Of a stretch of DNA of 64,000 bases, positions 1 to 11,893 are shown one piece after another (position 1 is the stretch's first letter; every line of letters begins with the position of its first letter). The DNA lies in the NCBI RefSeq assembly GCF_009834535.1, contig NC_045707.1, positions 47,618,001 through 47,682,000 on the forward strand. Reading direction: 5' to 3'. The notes below the pieces were generated by a model that was not told where the DNA came from, made no database searches, and saw nothing but the letters and a program-made list of their open reading frames with translations. The translations under genes and the position numbers were made by a program. The stretch is from Camelus ferus. Taxonomy: Eukaryota.

Positions 1-135
1 AATAACCCTGTAAGGCTAGCACTGTTAACATTAATTTTTTTTTTTTTAAACAGGGAAAGACCTGAAGCTGAGGGAAGTTAATTCATTTGGCCAAGGTCAC
101 AGAGCAGTAAGTGGAACAGCTGGGATTGAAACCTC
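1..135 (-). mobile_element. MIR SINE fragment
   Basis: ggccaaggtcacagagcagtaagtggaacagctgggattgaa matches the reverse complement of the MIR core. Confidence 0.75.
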
Positions 136-2485
136 AGAGGGCTTTTAATTTAGCTCTGGTACTTAAAAAATATCAGTGCATGTGTGTCCATAGAACTTCC
201 AAAGTAGATGTCAACAACTGATGACAAACTGACTGGAGAGGCCACGTGGGCAGTTTTAACAGAAAGAGGGCAGTAACTATTCATAAGGCCCTACGGGTAT
301 TGCTGGCTGCAGTGTGTTGGTATTGTTGGGAAGACAGTCAGGAAGTCCTTCCCCTTCCTCCAGACATCAGGAGTGAGGAGTTAGGAGCACTCCTTCCCTC
401 TGCCCCCAGCACACCTGCAGGAAAGGCTGCACTCCAACCCTCATCCTTGGCAGAAACCAATCAGGCACCAATGACTGCAATTTATAACTCTTCAATGATT
501 GAGGGAACCAAGAATGAATTAAAAAAAAAAAAACCCACTAGGACCAATCCAACTGGCTTTCCCAGAAATAGAAGTGTACTTGTGGTATCTGTTTCTGTAA
601 TATTTCATTAATTTTTCAATGTTCCCAATATGTTCAGCACTGACTGCAAACTGGAGCTTACACTTGTGCAAGTTTTCTTCATGGAGTGAGCTGTTTCCTA
701 CACTGTATCAAGTTATAAATTCGGAGCTGTAAAGCATCACAATATTAGGATTGCTTTGTTTTTCTGCAGAGCTCATTAACCACCGGCAATTAGCACTGTA
801 TCAATGCACAGAATGGCATCATTTGGCAAGTTCTGTATCCACTACTATGAATGTGATGATATAATTTAAACTTCACGTGCCATCTGCTGTCATGAAAAGA
901 TAAAGTGGGATGAAGAGGACCTTCAGCCATTTCTTACTTTCTTAGCTACTAGAGGCTTAATTAAAATAAAAATGAAATGCACAACACTCACCACTCCTCC
1001 CTTGGAGAAAGGCCATCTTGGTTTTTTGGATTCTAGTGGGTGAAATTAAAGAAGATATATTAGTACTTTGAGCAACTAGTGACAGATCATTGCAGTGCTT
1101 TACAAAACCTGCTTTTTTCAAATATGCCAAACAGAATTTGTCCTGCTTTAATTCTTCTCTTGAGAATGTACCAAATGAATATTTATATTTAAGCAGATGA
1201 GTGAATGAAGCAATGTTTCAACTGAAAGGCTGGTGTTCTATTGCTCTCTTAAGATGAAATTGTCCTGTTCCTTTACTAGCATATTGTTCACCCTCCTTTT
1301 CCCCCATTGCTCACGGGGAAATCTTTAAAACACAGTAAAATGTTGAGTAACTCTTTTAACACAGAGTCATAGGACTTTGGGTCTGAAAGGACTTCATTTT
1401 CATACTGTTCTACCAGAAACCATCCTCTCAGCATATGCAACTTTAATAGTCTGCCCAAAGTTGAGAATCAGAGATTGCATCAACCTGATAATTCCCCAGT
1501 GTGCTTGAATGTAGATCAACACACGTCACCAATCTTTATGTCAGGGGCTTATTATCTCTACTGGCCACCTCAGCATAATCCTTAGGAGCTGCTTTGAGCT
1601 GAGAAAGAAGTTATTATTCAGTAACACAATCTTTCGATGATAAGGAAATAAACAGACTAGATTATGGGTTCTTAATTTTTATGTCACTTGCATCAATTTG
1701 TAATGCTACCCAGAAAAAGCTGGGAATCATCTCGTAGGTTTAGGTGAGATGTTCTGATGACTCAATACAGAAAATGGATGTCTTAAAGGTTCATCTCTCT
1801 ATTAATTCATCAGGGGACTCCGCACAACACTTCCATCAAGTGGAAGCAATTACTCAGCACTTACCACAAAAGGTGTTCGCGAGGGACTTCTCCCATGGGA
1901 ACCCTGGAATCCAACTGATTCTCTCACTCATTCTAACCACATTACTGATCTTTTGAAAGGGGGTTAGGTGGACTCTCCCTTAGAGACAAATCAGCTTTAC
2001 CACTCTTAGCCTTCAAATGCTTGGTGGTACACTATGATGTCCAACTTGAACTACAGTAACTGGGGTCTCTGGTCTTAGCAAACTTCTCTTCTCTGCTTTT
2101 CTAAATTTGGGGGTAATTGTAGGGCCTTGGGAAAGCTTCACAAATATCCAGAAGAAAATCTAAATGCGTCTCTATTGAATCCACAATCTTTTATTATCTT
2201 TACTAATATGAAATAATTAAGTTTTACTGAATCAGAATCTCTATTTCAACAATATCTCTAGGTGACTGATACACTTCAAAACTTGAGAAGCACTGTGCTA
2301 TACCATGACTTGGGGACATGAGAACTCTATTCTAACTCCCGGAGAAGAGGGCACGGAGGGATATGGTGGAGAACGCTGCATCTTTTACCATGTGGTGTCT
2401 GCTGTGATGCCAGGCACGTGTGCTTAGTAGAGAACTTAACAAAGAACCAGTTCCATCATGCAGCAGTCACAACCTTGCTCCTTAG

Positions 2486-2657
2486 CACGCTGATTCTCAA
2501 ACTTCAGCTGGCATCAGAATCACCTGGGGGGCTTATTAAAAAAACATATTGCTGGGCCCCACTCCAGAGTTTCCGGTGGTCTGGAGTGGAATCCCAGAAT
2601 TTCCCCAGGCAATGCTGAAGCTACTGGTCTGAAAACAGTATCTGGGAAGTATTACTT
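2486..2657. mobile_element. MER5A-like hAT-Charlie MITE
   Basis: ttctcaaacttcagctggcatcagaatcacctggggggcttattaaaa...gctgggccccactccagag is typical MER5A; a second MER5-like remnant lies at ~2225-2296. Confidence 0.75.
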
Positions 2658-2964
2658 TAGTTGTTTATCAGTTTAGAGCATTTGCAAAGCATCACAGAAC
2701 ATGTACTAACCTCTTCAGGCTACACTCTGATTTCTAAGGGCCTGTCATTGAGTAGATCACTTAATCCCTCTTGGCTTGTACATTTGGGCGATTGTATCCT
2801 ATAAGACAACAGATGGTCATTTGAACTGTTGTGTCATATAAGACAGTATATGGGAAAGGGCTCTATAAAGAGTAAAGAGCTATGCAAATGTTAGTTATGC
2901 TCAGTTATTCACTGGTGGCTTCCACACACAGATTACAGCAGCCAGTACAATGGGTGGTTGAAGC

Positions 2965-3345
2965 AGGCTGGTGGAGAGTGCATAGGGCTAGGAGTCAGGA
3001 GTCTAAATCCCATTCCTCTGACACAAATGAGCCAGCACCACGGGTAGGTCCCTTCTCCTTTCTGGTCTCACTTGGCACATATGTGAATGAGGAATGAATT
3101 TGGTGGTTTTCCACCTGTGTTGCTATAGGTAGTCATGGGCTTCGGAGGATGCCCTGGAGATTAATCTTTGGGACCCACCCCATTTACAAGCAATACAACT
3201 CCACCTGGATCTGTTTTACTGACTGGATTTCCAAGTAAGAATTCTTTTGTAAAAAGGGCTCTTCTAAGAATAAAACCAGTTTAAAAACTACCAGGATGGA
3301 TGATAATCTTGAAGTCTCCTTTTAGCTCTCAAAGGCTACCATCAG
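2965..3345 (+). mobile_element. MIR/MIR3-like SINE apparently split by a hAT-Charlie-like MITE (~3102-3293)
   Basis: MIR-like head at ~2965-3100, MIR3-like tail (gatgataatcttgaagtctcctttagctct) at ~3295-3345, and an intervening segment with ggtggttttc...aaaaactacc inverted termini. Confidence 0.45.
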
Positions 3346-6184
3346 AATCATGGAAATGTGCCCAGAACACCACAATTGTTCTTTTTCTTCACAATGGAGT
3401 TCAAAATGCAGATTTACACCAAGGCCGCCTCTCTCTAATCTGCTCTAACAATAATCTGCTGTCACTGGGCCCTCTGCTTCCACATGGTACCTTCCTGGCT
3501 GCTAGACACCAGTGCAAGGCTAAAGGCCAGGAGCACTACAGCAATGATAGGGACACTGTCCACCATTCCAGAGAGAGCACTCGGCTCCAAGATAGGGACT
3601 GTCACTGGTATACTGTTCCAGGTCCCGAACTTGGGGTAAATTATTTGACAAGAGGACCTTTTGAGGGAAGGTCTGTATCTTATCCATCTCTGTCAGTGGA
3701 ATGTCCAATACCAAGAGTGGTATTCAGCTGGTTCCAGTAATTCACGGCTGATGCTTGTCCTAACTGGTGAGACATCTGTTCTAACTTGTCAGTGCCAATG
3801 TTCTACTAGTCATTAAATATTTTAAAAATCCCTCTGCTTATTATAATATTCATCCTGTAGCAGGCACGTAATATAAGTATGCAGAATAAACAGGACCAGA
3901 ATTCAGCAGCAGAAGCGGGTGGCACAGGTAATCAACAGCTCCAGCTGACACCAGAAAGTCCCCGGGGAGCATCTGGAGGCCAGGTAAGCTGAGCACCACA
4001 GAACTCCTCCTGTGCGCGTAGAACCTGTGTTCAAGAGACGGAAGGAGAGAGCTTACAGCAGGCAGGGTCATCACTCAGACCACCTCTGGGAACTTGGAAG
4101 TGACTGCCCAGCAGCTTGACTGATGCCTGCTTTCTTAGGAGGCCGCTCCAGGCTCCCTGGAGTGCTGTGATGACCCACACCCCACATGTTTACTTGACAG
4201 CTTTCTGAACCTTACTGACCATTTATAATTTTGAATAAGCCAAAGCAGAAGAGCTCACCTGGAAGTGTCAACACAAACATACCAGATGTGTTCTGACTCA
4301 GGAGAATGCTAGGAGAAAGCCCTCAAACACAAGAGTCTTAGCAAATTATGCACATCGCCTCAGGGTGAACAGGATGCATGGCCATGGTCACCACATGCCT
4401 AGAGATCTGAGGCTGGTTATTTAAAGTCAGCATTTTCATTTTTCCCAGAGAAAAATGTGAACTGTTGTTGGAAAAGCTTAGCAAACAGGCCTATCTACCT
4501 TCTCCTTTCTTTAACCCCATTTCATGAAATTTCCTGTCTGTCCAATGTTCACAAAATAAATGGCTGACATCAGACACAGTGGGGAGTAGCTCCAAAGCTG
4601 GGCATTTGCTCAGTGATCTTAAAGGAACAAAAGGTGTAAGGAATGGTATCATCCAATTGTAGGGACTTCAGAGCTTCCCCATCAGAGCAATCCAGATATT
4701 CCTTTAGTCTGTTCTGAGGATGAGAGATTCAATTCCTTCTACTTATCGACCAGTGTAATCCCTAAATACTCTTCTATTAACAAGTAGCTTAGCAGATAGG
4801 TTTCCTTATATACAGAGGAATTTTGTATGCAGCAAAAGACATAAGTATGGAATTGCCTTGAAGGTTGAGTCTCAGTCTGTCATATCCCTCTGGATATTAT
4901 GATTTGGGTCATTGCCATGCAGTTTCCTCCTCTGACAAAGAGGACATGCCTGGAGCCCTGCTCTTCTCCCTACGCCAGACCTTCCTCTGCTCCTTCCATT
5001 TTCTACCTGCCTACAATGTAAGTCCTCCATGCTTTGTAGCCAAGCACCATGCTTCTGACCTTCTGCAGGAGTGATGGCCTTTCTGCCTGCACTTTCATCT
5101 CTTGCCTCATAACTGAATATTCGTGGATCTCATGCCCTTCTTCCTGTCAATGTCCAATGCTGGGGTCCTGGTCATGCCCTGTCAGGCCTATTATGCTGTT
5201 GTTGACCAAAGACTGGTGTATATTAGAGTACCCTCGGAATTTATATACTGCTCATCCTCGAGTCCCACCTTTGGGATTTTGATTCAATAGGGTCTGAAGA
5301 TGGGCCTCTGTACTAGTAGTTGTACCCAGCTCCCTAGATAGTCATCAGAGTTGCAGAACAATTGATTTTGAGAATACAAGCACCTTGATACAGGCCTTTC
5401 CTACCTTTAGATTTTAAGGATTATTTCAAATTCTCAGCCTTTTGCTAAAAACATCTTCAGATAATTTTTACTTATGAGTAGCAAGACAAGCTATTTAGGA
5501 AGTTTTAATTAATGAATAACCTATGTCCAATAAATTCTTATGAAAGATATGAGTTAGGGCTGCCTCAGACTCTGCAGGTAAATGCTGGAGGCATAAAAGA
5601 AAGTTAACTTTGTCATAAAAGGCTTTCTCTAAGAAGTCTTCCCTAATGCTCAAAGAAATATTTCTTCCTATTTGTGCAAAGCTATGCAGCCCCACTAGAT
5701 CAGCATCCTCCACCTGTATTACAGTTGCCTTTTCACTGTTCTCTTCACCTTCTGTTTTACCTTTTTGATTCTATCACTAAACGTCAGTTATCCAAAATAT
5801 AAGTCTAACCTAGCCCCTCCTGGCTTGAGATAAACACATTTTAAAAGCATCCACACAAGCCTTCCATGATCTGACCCAGTTACCTTCCTGATATTCTTTA
5901 CTTTACAATTTATTCTTTGGAAACAGGGAATGGATTGCAATTCCCTACACAAAATGTTTCACACTTCAATGCCTTAGCTGGGAATGCTTTGCCCTATCTC
6001 TACCCTCTCCAAACCTGTCTTTTATTTATTCCAGGCCATGAATTATCTAAGTAACTCAAAAAGGAACTGCTTACATGAAATCTGGCTCAGATTTATTCAA
6101 TTAGCTGCATTCCTTAGGGTTTTAAAATCTGTTTTGACTGGCTTTTCTCTGTTCTTCTCTTTCATTGGAGAATTTTAGGGTAAT

Positions 6185-6648
6185 GTTGCAGACACTGCTA
6201 GCAGCCCAGACAATGAGCATGTTCTCTATTTTTCTTACTATCAAAACCTTGCTTTGTTGGGGTTCCATGTGCTGAGTGAATGCACTGACCAGCCCTGATT
6301 CCCTTGCAGCTAGCGGAGACTATGTGACCCAAATCTGGCCAGTGGGATTTAAACAAAAGTTGCAGAGTGTGGCTTCCGGGAAAAACTTTTCCAAGGGGCA
6401 GGGCTGGCTAGTTTCTTCCTTTTTCCTTTTCCCTGTGCCCTTCTTGTTATCATGATTACGGTTTTATAACTGAAAGTATACCAGTAATTTTGCAAAGATA
6501 ATGGCAGAATGGGAAGAAAGGATCCTGACAGGATGCTGACATGGTCCTGACCTGGGCTCTGGTTATGTTACAAGAGAAACATCATTAATTAGCTTAGGTT
6601 GTTCCAGTATGGTTCTGTTACATGTAGACAAATGCTGACCTGACACAG
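6185..6648 (+). mobile_element. Old ERVL-class solo LTR (LTR16/LTR33-like)
   Basis: TG...CA ends; cccttgcagctagcggagactatgtgacccaaatctggccagtggg motif characteristic of the LTR16/33 group. Confidence 0.6.
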
Positions 6649-7367
6649 ATCTTCTAGTCCTGGACTTTCTCTCCAAGAATGTCATCTTTCACCACCTACT
6701 TATAATAAGGTTTGTAACAAAATCATTAGACTTACATCTTACAACTCTCCCTTTTTTGTTATTTGCCTACCCAATGTCCATGGTGGTTATGAGGACAGAG
6801 GGGGCTGAATTAGGTGGGAGTTGGAAAAGTTGCAGTAATCTGAATGAGAAATATAATTCTAGTTTCTTCATTTTCCAAACAAGACATTGGAACTGATACA
6901 TAATGAATTAACAGTATACAAATCCAGCAAGGAATTTGCACAGTGCTATCCAAAAGGCAGTAGAAAACATAAATTACTGGGAGCCCCAACAAGTCCCCTG
7001 AAAAGAAATATTAGAAACTTCCCAGGAAACGTTATACTTCTCTTGATAAAGTCCCTGGAAGAATACAATAAGATTCAGTATGCACAGGGAGAGAGGGGAT
7101 TGGAAAAATTACAGTAATTTGAATGAGAAACATGAAACTACATAAACTTTGGGGGTAAAGTTTGCTCTCTTGAGCTTAAACTATATATGTTAGACAATCT
7201 GGTAAGTATAATGAGTTTGGTAGTTTCCCCCTAAGATTCTATAAGCTATCTTTATATTCCCTGGGGACCTCCGAGAGGACATAACTAACGGTGGAGTGGA
7301 AGAATTAGTCTTCCCTGGCCTTCTCTAGGCTGTCTTCTGTGATTCTCTTCCATGTTTGTATCGTCCT

Positions 7368-8030
7368 CTGGAGTGATGGTTAAGAGTGTGGAGTCACAGC
7401 CATAAAAAAGAATGAAAAAATGCCACTTGCAGCAACATGGATGGGACTTAAGAGATTATCATACTAAGTGAAGTAAGTCAGACAGAGAAAGACAAACATC
7501 ATATGATATCACTTAAATGTGGAAACTAAAAAAATTATACAAATGAACTTATTTACAAAACAGAAACAGACTCACAGACATAGAAAACATTTATGGTTAC
7601 CAAAGGGGAAGGGGGTACAAATTAGGAATTTGGGATTAACAGACATAAACTACTGAATATAAACAACACGGTCCTACTGTACAGCACAGAGAACTATATT
7701 CAATACCTTGTAATAAACTACAATGGAAAAGAATCTGAAAAAGTATACACACACACACATACGTATGTAAAATGGAATCACTTTGCTATACACCAGAAAC
7801 ACAACACTGTGAATCAACCAAAAAAAATAGAGAGTCAAATTGCCTAGATTTTAATCTTAGCTGTATGACCTTGATTGAGCAAGTTAAATAACCTCTCTGG
7901 CCCTGACTGTCATATGTGAAATGTAGACAATAATCAAATCTACCTCTTGTGTGAAGACCAAATGATCAACACAAAGCACTTAGATCTTGCCTGAAACTTA
8001 GTCAGCTGCCAATAATTGCTATTATGTCTG
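7368..8030 (+). mobile_element. MIR interrupted by an L1 insertion
   Basis: MIR head gtgatggttaagagtgtggagtca before 7397; MIR resumes after 7830 (gagtcaaattgcctagattttaatc...gaccttg...aagttaaataacctctctg). Confidence 0.7.
7397..7827 (+). mobile_element. 5'-truncated L1 (end of ORF2 plus 3' UTR, short A tail)
   Basis: cagccataaaaaagaatgaaa...gcagcaacatggatg...aagtgaagtaagtcagacagagaaagacaaa; homologous to 14050-14488; gagtca repeated at both flanks. Confidence 0.9.
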
Positions 8031-9472
8031 TTGTTGAATATTACACAATATCATGTTCTATTTGTGTCTGTTTATTCCACCAGACTGTCAGCTCCTTCCA
8101 TGCAAGAAACATGTCTTATCATTATTTGTGTTGGTGGGTGCTCATTTAGTACTCAATTCATTGTTACTGATGAACACGAATGAGTAAAATACCCTTCTGA
8201 TGCTGTCCTCCCTCCTGGGAAGTATCTCACTATATAAAGCAGTTTTGTAGATTCATATCTTATCTCCTCCCCATCCTCCTTACCCCAAGCTCCTACCTCC
8301 TGGTCTAAAGCCTTGTGTTTAGTAACGGCTTAATAAATATTTATTGAGTAAATGAACAATAACCAAACCTGCACACACCACAGTCATCACACGCGTTTTC
8401 CTGACACAGCCTTCTGCAGAATGTGTACTCCTGCTGCAGTACTAGCTGCTCACTATTCTTTAAACTTGCCCTGCACTTCATGCCTCCATGCCTTGGCTAG
8501 TTCCCATCTGCCTATCTTCACTTTGCCTGGCAAACTCATATTCATCTATAAATTACAGCTTAAACGTTCTCCCTCCAGAAGTCTTTTCTGATTTTCTCAG
8601 AGAAATCCAATTCTCTCACTTTATAATTATTTCATTGAAGGCTAATGCTGTGTCTTATATATCACAGAATCTAAGCACCTAGTATAGGACATGACATAAA
8701 ATAGGTATTCAAGTAAGTCTGTTGAATGAATAACATGCTGACCTACAGAATGACATACAGACAGTTCCCAAATGAATTTGGCAACTGACCCAAATTATGA
8801 ACTATTCTGGATCATAAATGAATAACTAGATGCATATACAATACACAAAATACAATTTAAATCTTAACCTCCCCAACCCAGCCATTAAAGGTGATTAAGT
8901 TACCCCTATTCATTTCTTCCTTGTCCAGGTTAACTTCTGACATAAGGCATCCATTTGGGAACACATAGGGCAGGTTTTGGAGTTCACTGTGCACATATGG
9001 AGCAGAGGGAAGAAAAGTGGCTTGCACAGGGCTTGAGTCATGACCTCATCTTTGTTGTCTTGGTGTTCAAAACTCAATGATGCTCACTCTGGAAAGGCTG
9101 GGCATGCCCCTGGAAGGGTATAACAGAAGTTCTGATGACATTCTTATATTCATCAGAAAAGGGCATGAGTTAATAAAAATATCAAGAACTACAGTTGTAA
9201 TTCCATATGGAGATCTAGGAAAACAGTAAGAATATCTGCACATATTAACATGAAGAGACATGAATTGGTGCAGAAAACCAGCCCCTGCATCACTTATGCC
9301 TGGCAGCAGACTAGATTTCTGGGCACTCGGCAAAGGACCCCATGTCTGCGTCAGCCAGGGTTGCTCAGGTCATTGGGTTAGTTATATTAATGCAAATAGT
9401 TGCAATGAATTCAGAATTGCTTTGCATTTAGGTCTCACAGGGGGAGGGGTGTTGGTGGTTCCAAATTGGTAC

Positions 9473-9922
9473 TGTGAATGAAAAATGCTGCCTGCTGTAT
9501 CAGTAAACAAAAGATGTTGCAGTCATCAAGCCACTACAGCTGCCCCTGAAAGTGTACCCAGAGGGTACTCAGGATGGGAAAGAACAGGATACTGGCCCTT
9601 CATAGCTGAAGTGCACATCAAAGGAATGATTTAAGAAGCCCACACTTTGCATCTTCCCATACATAGAAAAGCACTAAATTCCTTAACTTGAGATATCTGG
9701 TTTTCTTTAATTAACAGTAACCTTTTGATGTTTCAACTACCTGGTCTTTGTTGCAAAAAAAAGTCGCACATACTTCCTGGCTCCTCCCTTACCTCTTCAG
9801 AGCAGTCCCTTAGAGCTACCTAAGAGGCAGACTCCTGGGCTTGAAGTTCCTAGAAAATCTGCCGAATAAAACAGAATTCCCAACTTTAAGGCTGGGCTTC
9901 CCCCCCACCCCTCCCGTCAACA
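9473..9922 (+). mobile_element. ERV1-class solo LTR (~450 bp)
   Basis: Starts TGTGA, ends TCAACA, AATAAA at 9865-9870, flanks GTAC/GTAT (near 4-bp TSD). Confidence 0.7.
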
Positions 9923-10819
9923 GTATCTTATTTTTGCTATTCTAAATTGGACTGCTTCTTATAAAACATGGCATGCACATGGGGTCACTAGGTCCAGTTC
10001 CAGACTAATAAACCATTGGAAGTAATCACTGTAAAAAATTCACACTTTTTATCTCCCTTCCTGAAGCCAAATGGTGTGTGCATGAGGTCATGGCATCCTG
10101 TGTGAAACGGGTGGGGAAGAGAATTTTTTGGTACCTAATTTCCTCAGAGGGAGATTAAACCAGGGAATGAACTAATAATAACCACAAAATGTTTCGGGTG
10201 TGGCTGGCAGGCCGCTGTCTCTGTGTAAGTACAGTACAGCTTCTTGCTGCCCTTGACTTAGAAAAGCACACTAAACAAACATCCATGAGAAATGCATTTT
10301 TTGTTTTGTTTTGTTTTTGTTTTTGATCAAGGCTCAGCTATTCTGGTTCTTTGTTTCAGGACAAAAGTCTGGACCCAGGAGGCTGTATAACTAATTGGGT
10401 GCCTGATCCAGATTCTGCAGCCCTCTTGGGGTTGCCAACCACTTCCCTTCCCTCCCAAACCCAAACACAACCACTCTTCCACTAACCTTGAGTTGCGATG
10501 CCCTAGGCAGGTGATATTTGAAGGGACTAGTCCCGTGGTTGTTGCTGGAATAATCTCGTCTCCTTTCTGGTATCAGAATTTCTCCTTATTCTGTCTTCTG
10601 CTGAAGATCCCAAGGTCCATGGTGTGTGCTGGGATGACAATGATGTAGAGAATCCAGAGAATTCTCCCCCACGGCTGAGGAGGCTGCACACCTATGTGTC
10701 ACACTCAGCAATGAGCCTGCACTCACATGCTGGTGCCAGAAAAGTTTCTGGCTGGCAGAAATGAATACCCCAGTGGACCTTAAATGCATACATTCTGAAA
10801 AGAATAGATGGGTTGAGGT

Positions 10820-11070
10820 GAGTATTATTCTAAATAAAGTCAGCTGGCACTTCCTTAGCACCAACTCTTCCTAGACCTTCTGTTAGGGGTTTTACATGCA
10901 TTATCATATTGATTTTTCACAAGTACCCTATGAAGTGGAAATGACTGTTCTTATTATAGAGCAGAGGAAACTGAAGCTTACAGAGATAGGTAAGAACTCA
11001 CCTAAGGCCTCATTATTAGTGAACAACAGAGCCAGAATTCAATTCAAATACCCAAGTCTGGCTCCAAAAA
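10820..11070 (-). mobile_element. MIR SINE
   Basis: gaggaaactgaagcttacagagataggtaagaactcacctaaggcc...agagccagaattcaattc is the reverse MIR core. Confidence 0.75.
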
Positions 11071-11174
11071 GACTTAATAAAAGGAGAGAAAGAGTTACTA
11101 CAAACTATTTTAAAGCACTAAGTGGGTTTTTAAATATTGATAAAATGGGGTTACTACTTTCGATAAAAGAGAGG

Positions 11175-11600
11175 GTATAGTGGGCTGAATGGAACACCCC
11201 CCCCCCCGATACATGTCCATGTCTTCACCCCTGGAGTTTGTGAATGTGATCTTATTTGTAAAAGAAGCCTTTAAATAAAAAATCCTGAGATTATTCTGGA
11301 TTAGCCGAGTGGGCTTCACATTCCATGACATATGTACTTATAAGAAACATCTAAAGAAGAGACAGAGAGGAGGGAAGGTCATGTGAAGAAGGAGGGAGAA
11401 ACTAAAGTGATGAGTCCACAGTCAAGGAACACCTGCGCGAAAAAGCAAGGAAAGGTCCTCCCCTAGAGCATTCAGAGGAAACGTGGCTCTGCCAGCACCC
11501 TGATTTTGGATTTCCAGCTCCCAAAATTTTCAGAGTATAAATTTGTTGTTTTAAGCCACCTAGTTAGTGGTAATTTATTACAGCAGTCACAGGAGATGAA
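11175..11600 (+). mobile_element. MaLR solo LTR (MLT1B/C-like)
   Basis: gtgggctgaatgg...tgtgaatgtgatcttattt...gctctgccagcaccctgattttggatttccagc...ttgttgttttaagccacctagttagtggtaatttattacagcag. Confidence 0.85.
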
Positions 11601-11614
11601 ATGAAGGGGGCAAT

Positions 11615-11780
11615 ACAATTGAGTGGCAAGAACACTTGACTTAGGACTGCAATTCCCAACTTTGACCTTCATCACATGTGACTCTGACAGGTCGCTTCCC
11701 TTAGCCTCAGTTTCCTTATGTAGAAAACAACTGTGAGTGAGACGCTTTCTATCCCTCATGATCTGTGAACTGAGGGTTCA
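11615..11780 (+). mobile_element. MIR SINE
   Basis: gcctcagtttccttatgtagaaa core. Confidence 0.6.
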
Positions 11781-11893
11781 GGTGCATTGCTCTTATTTTC
11801 CCAACCAGTGGCCAGTGGGTAGGGCAGTAATTATCTGATGACCTTTATTTTGGCAGAGATGTTTCAAGATGAATAATTAAAGCTCCTCCTTTA

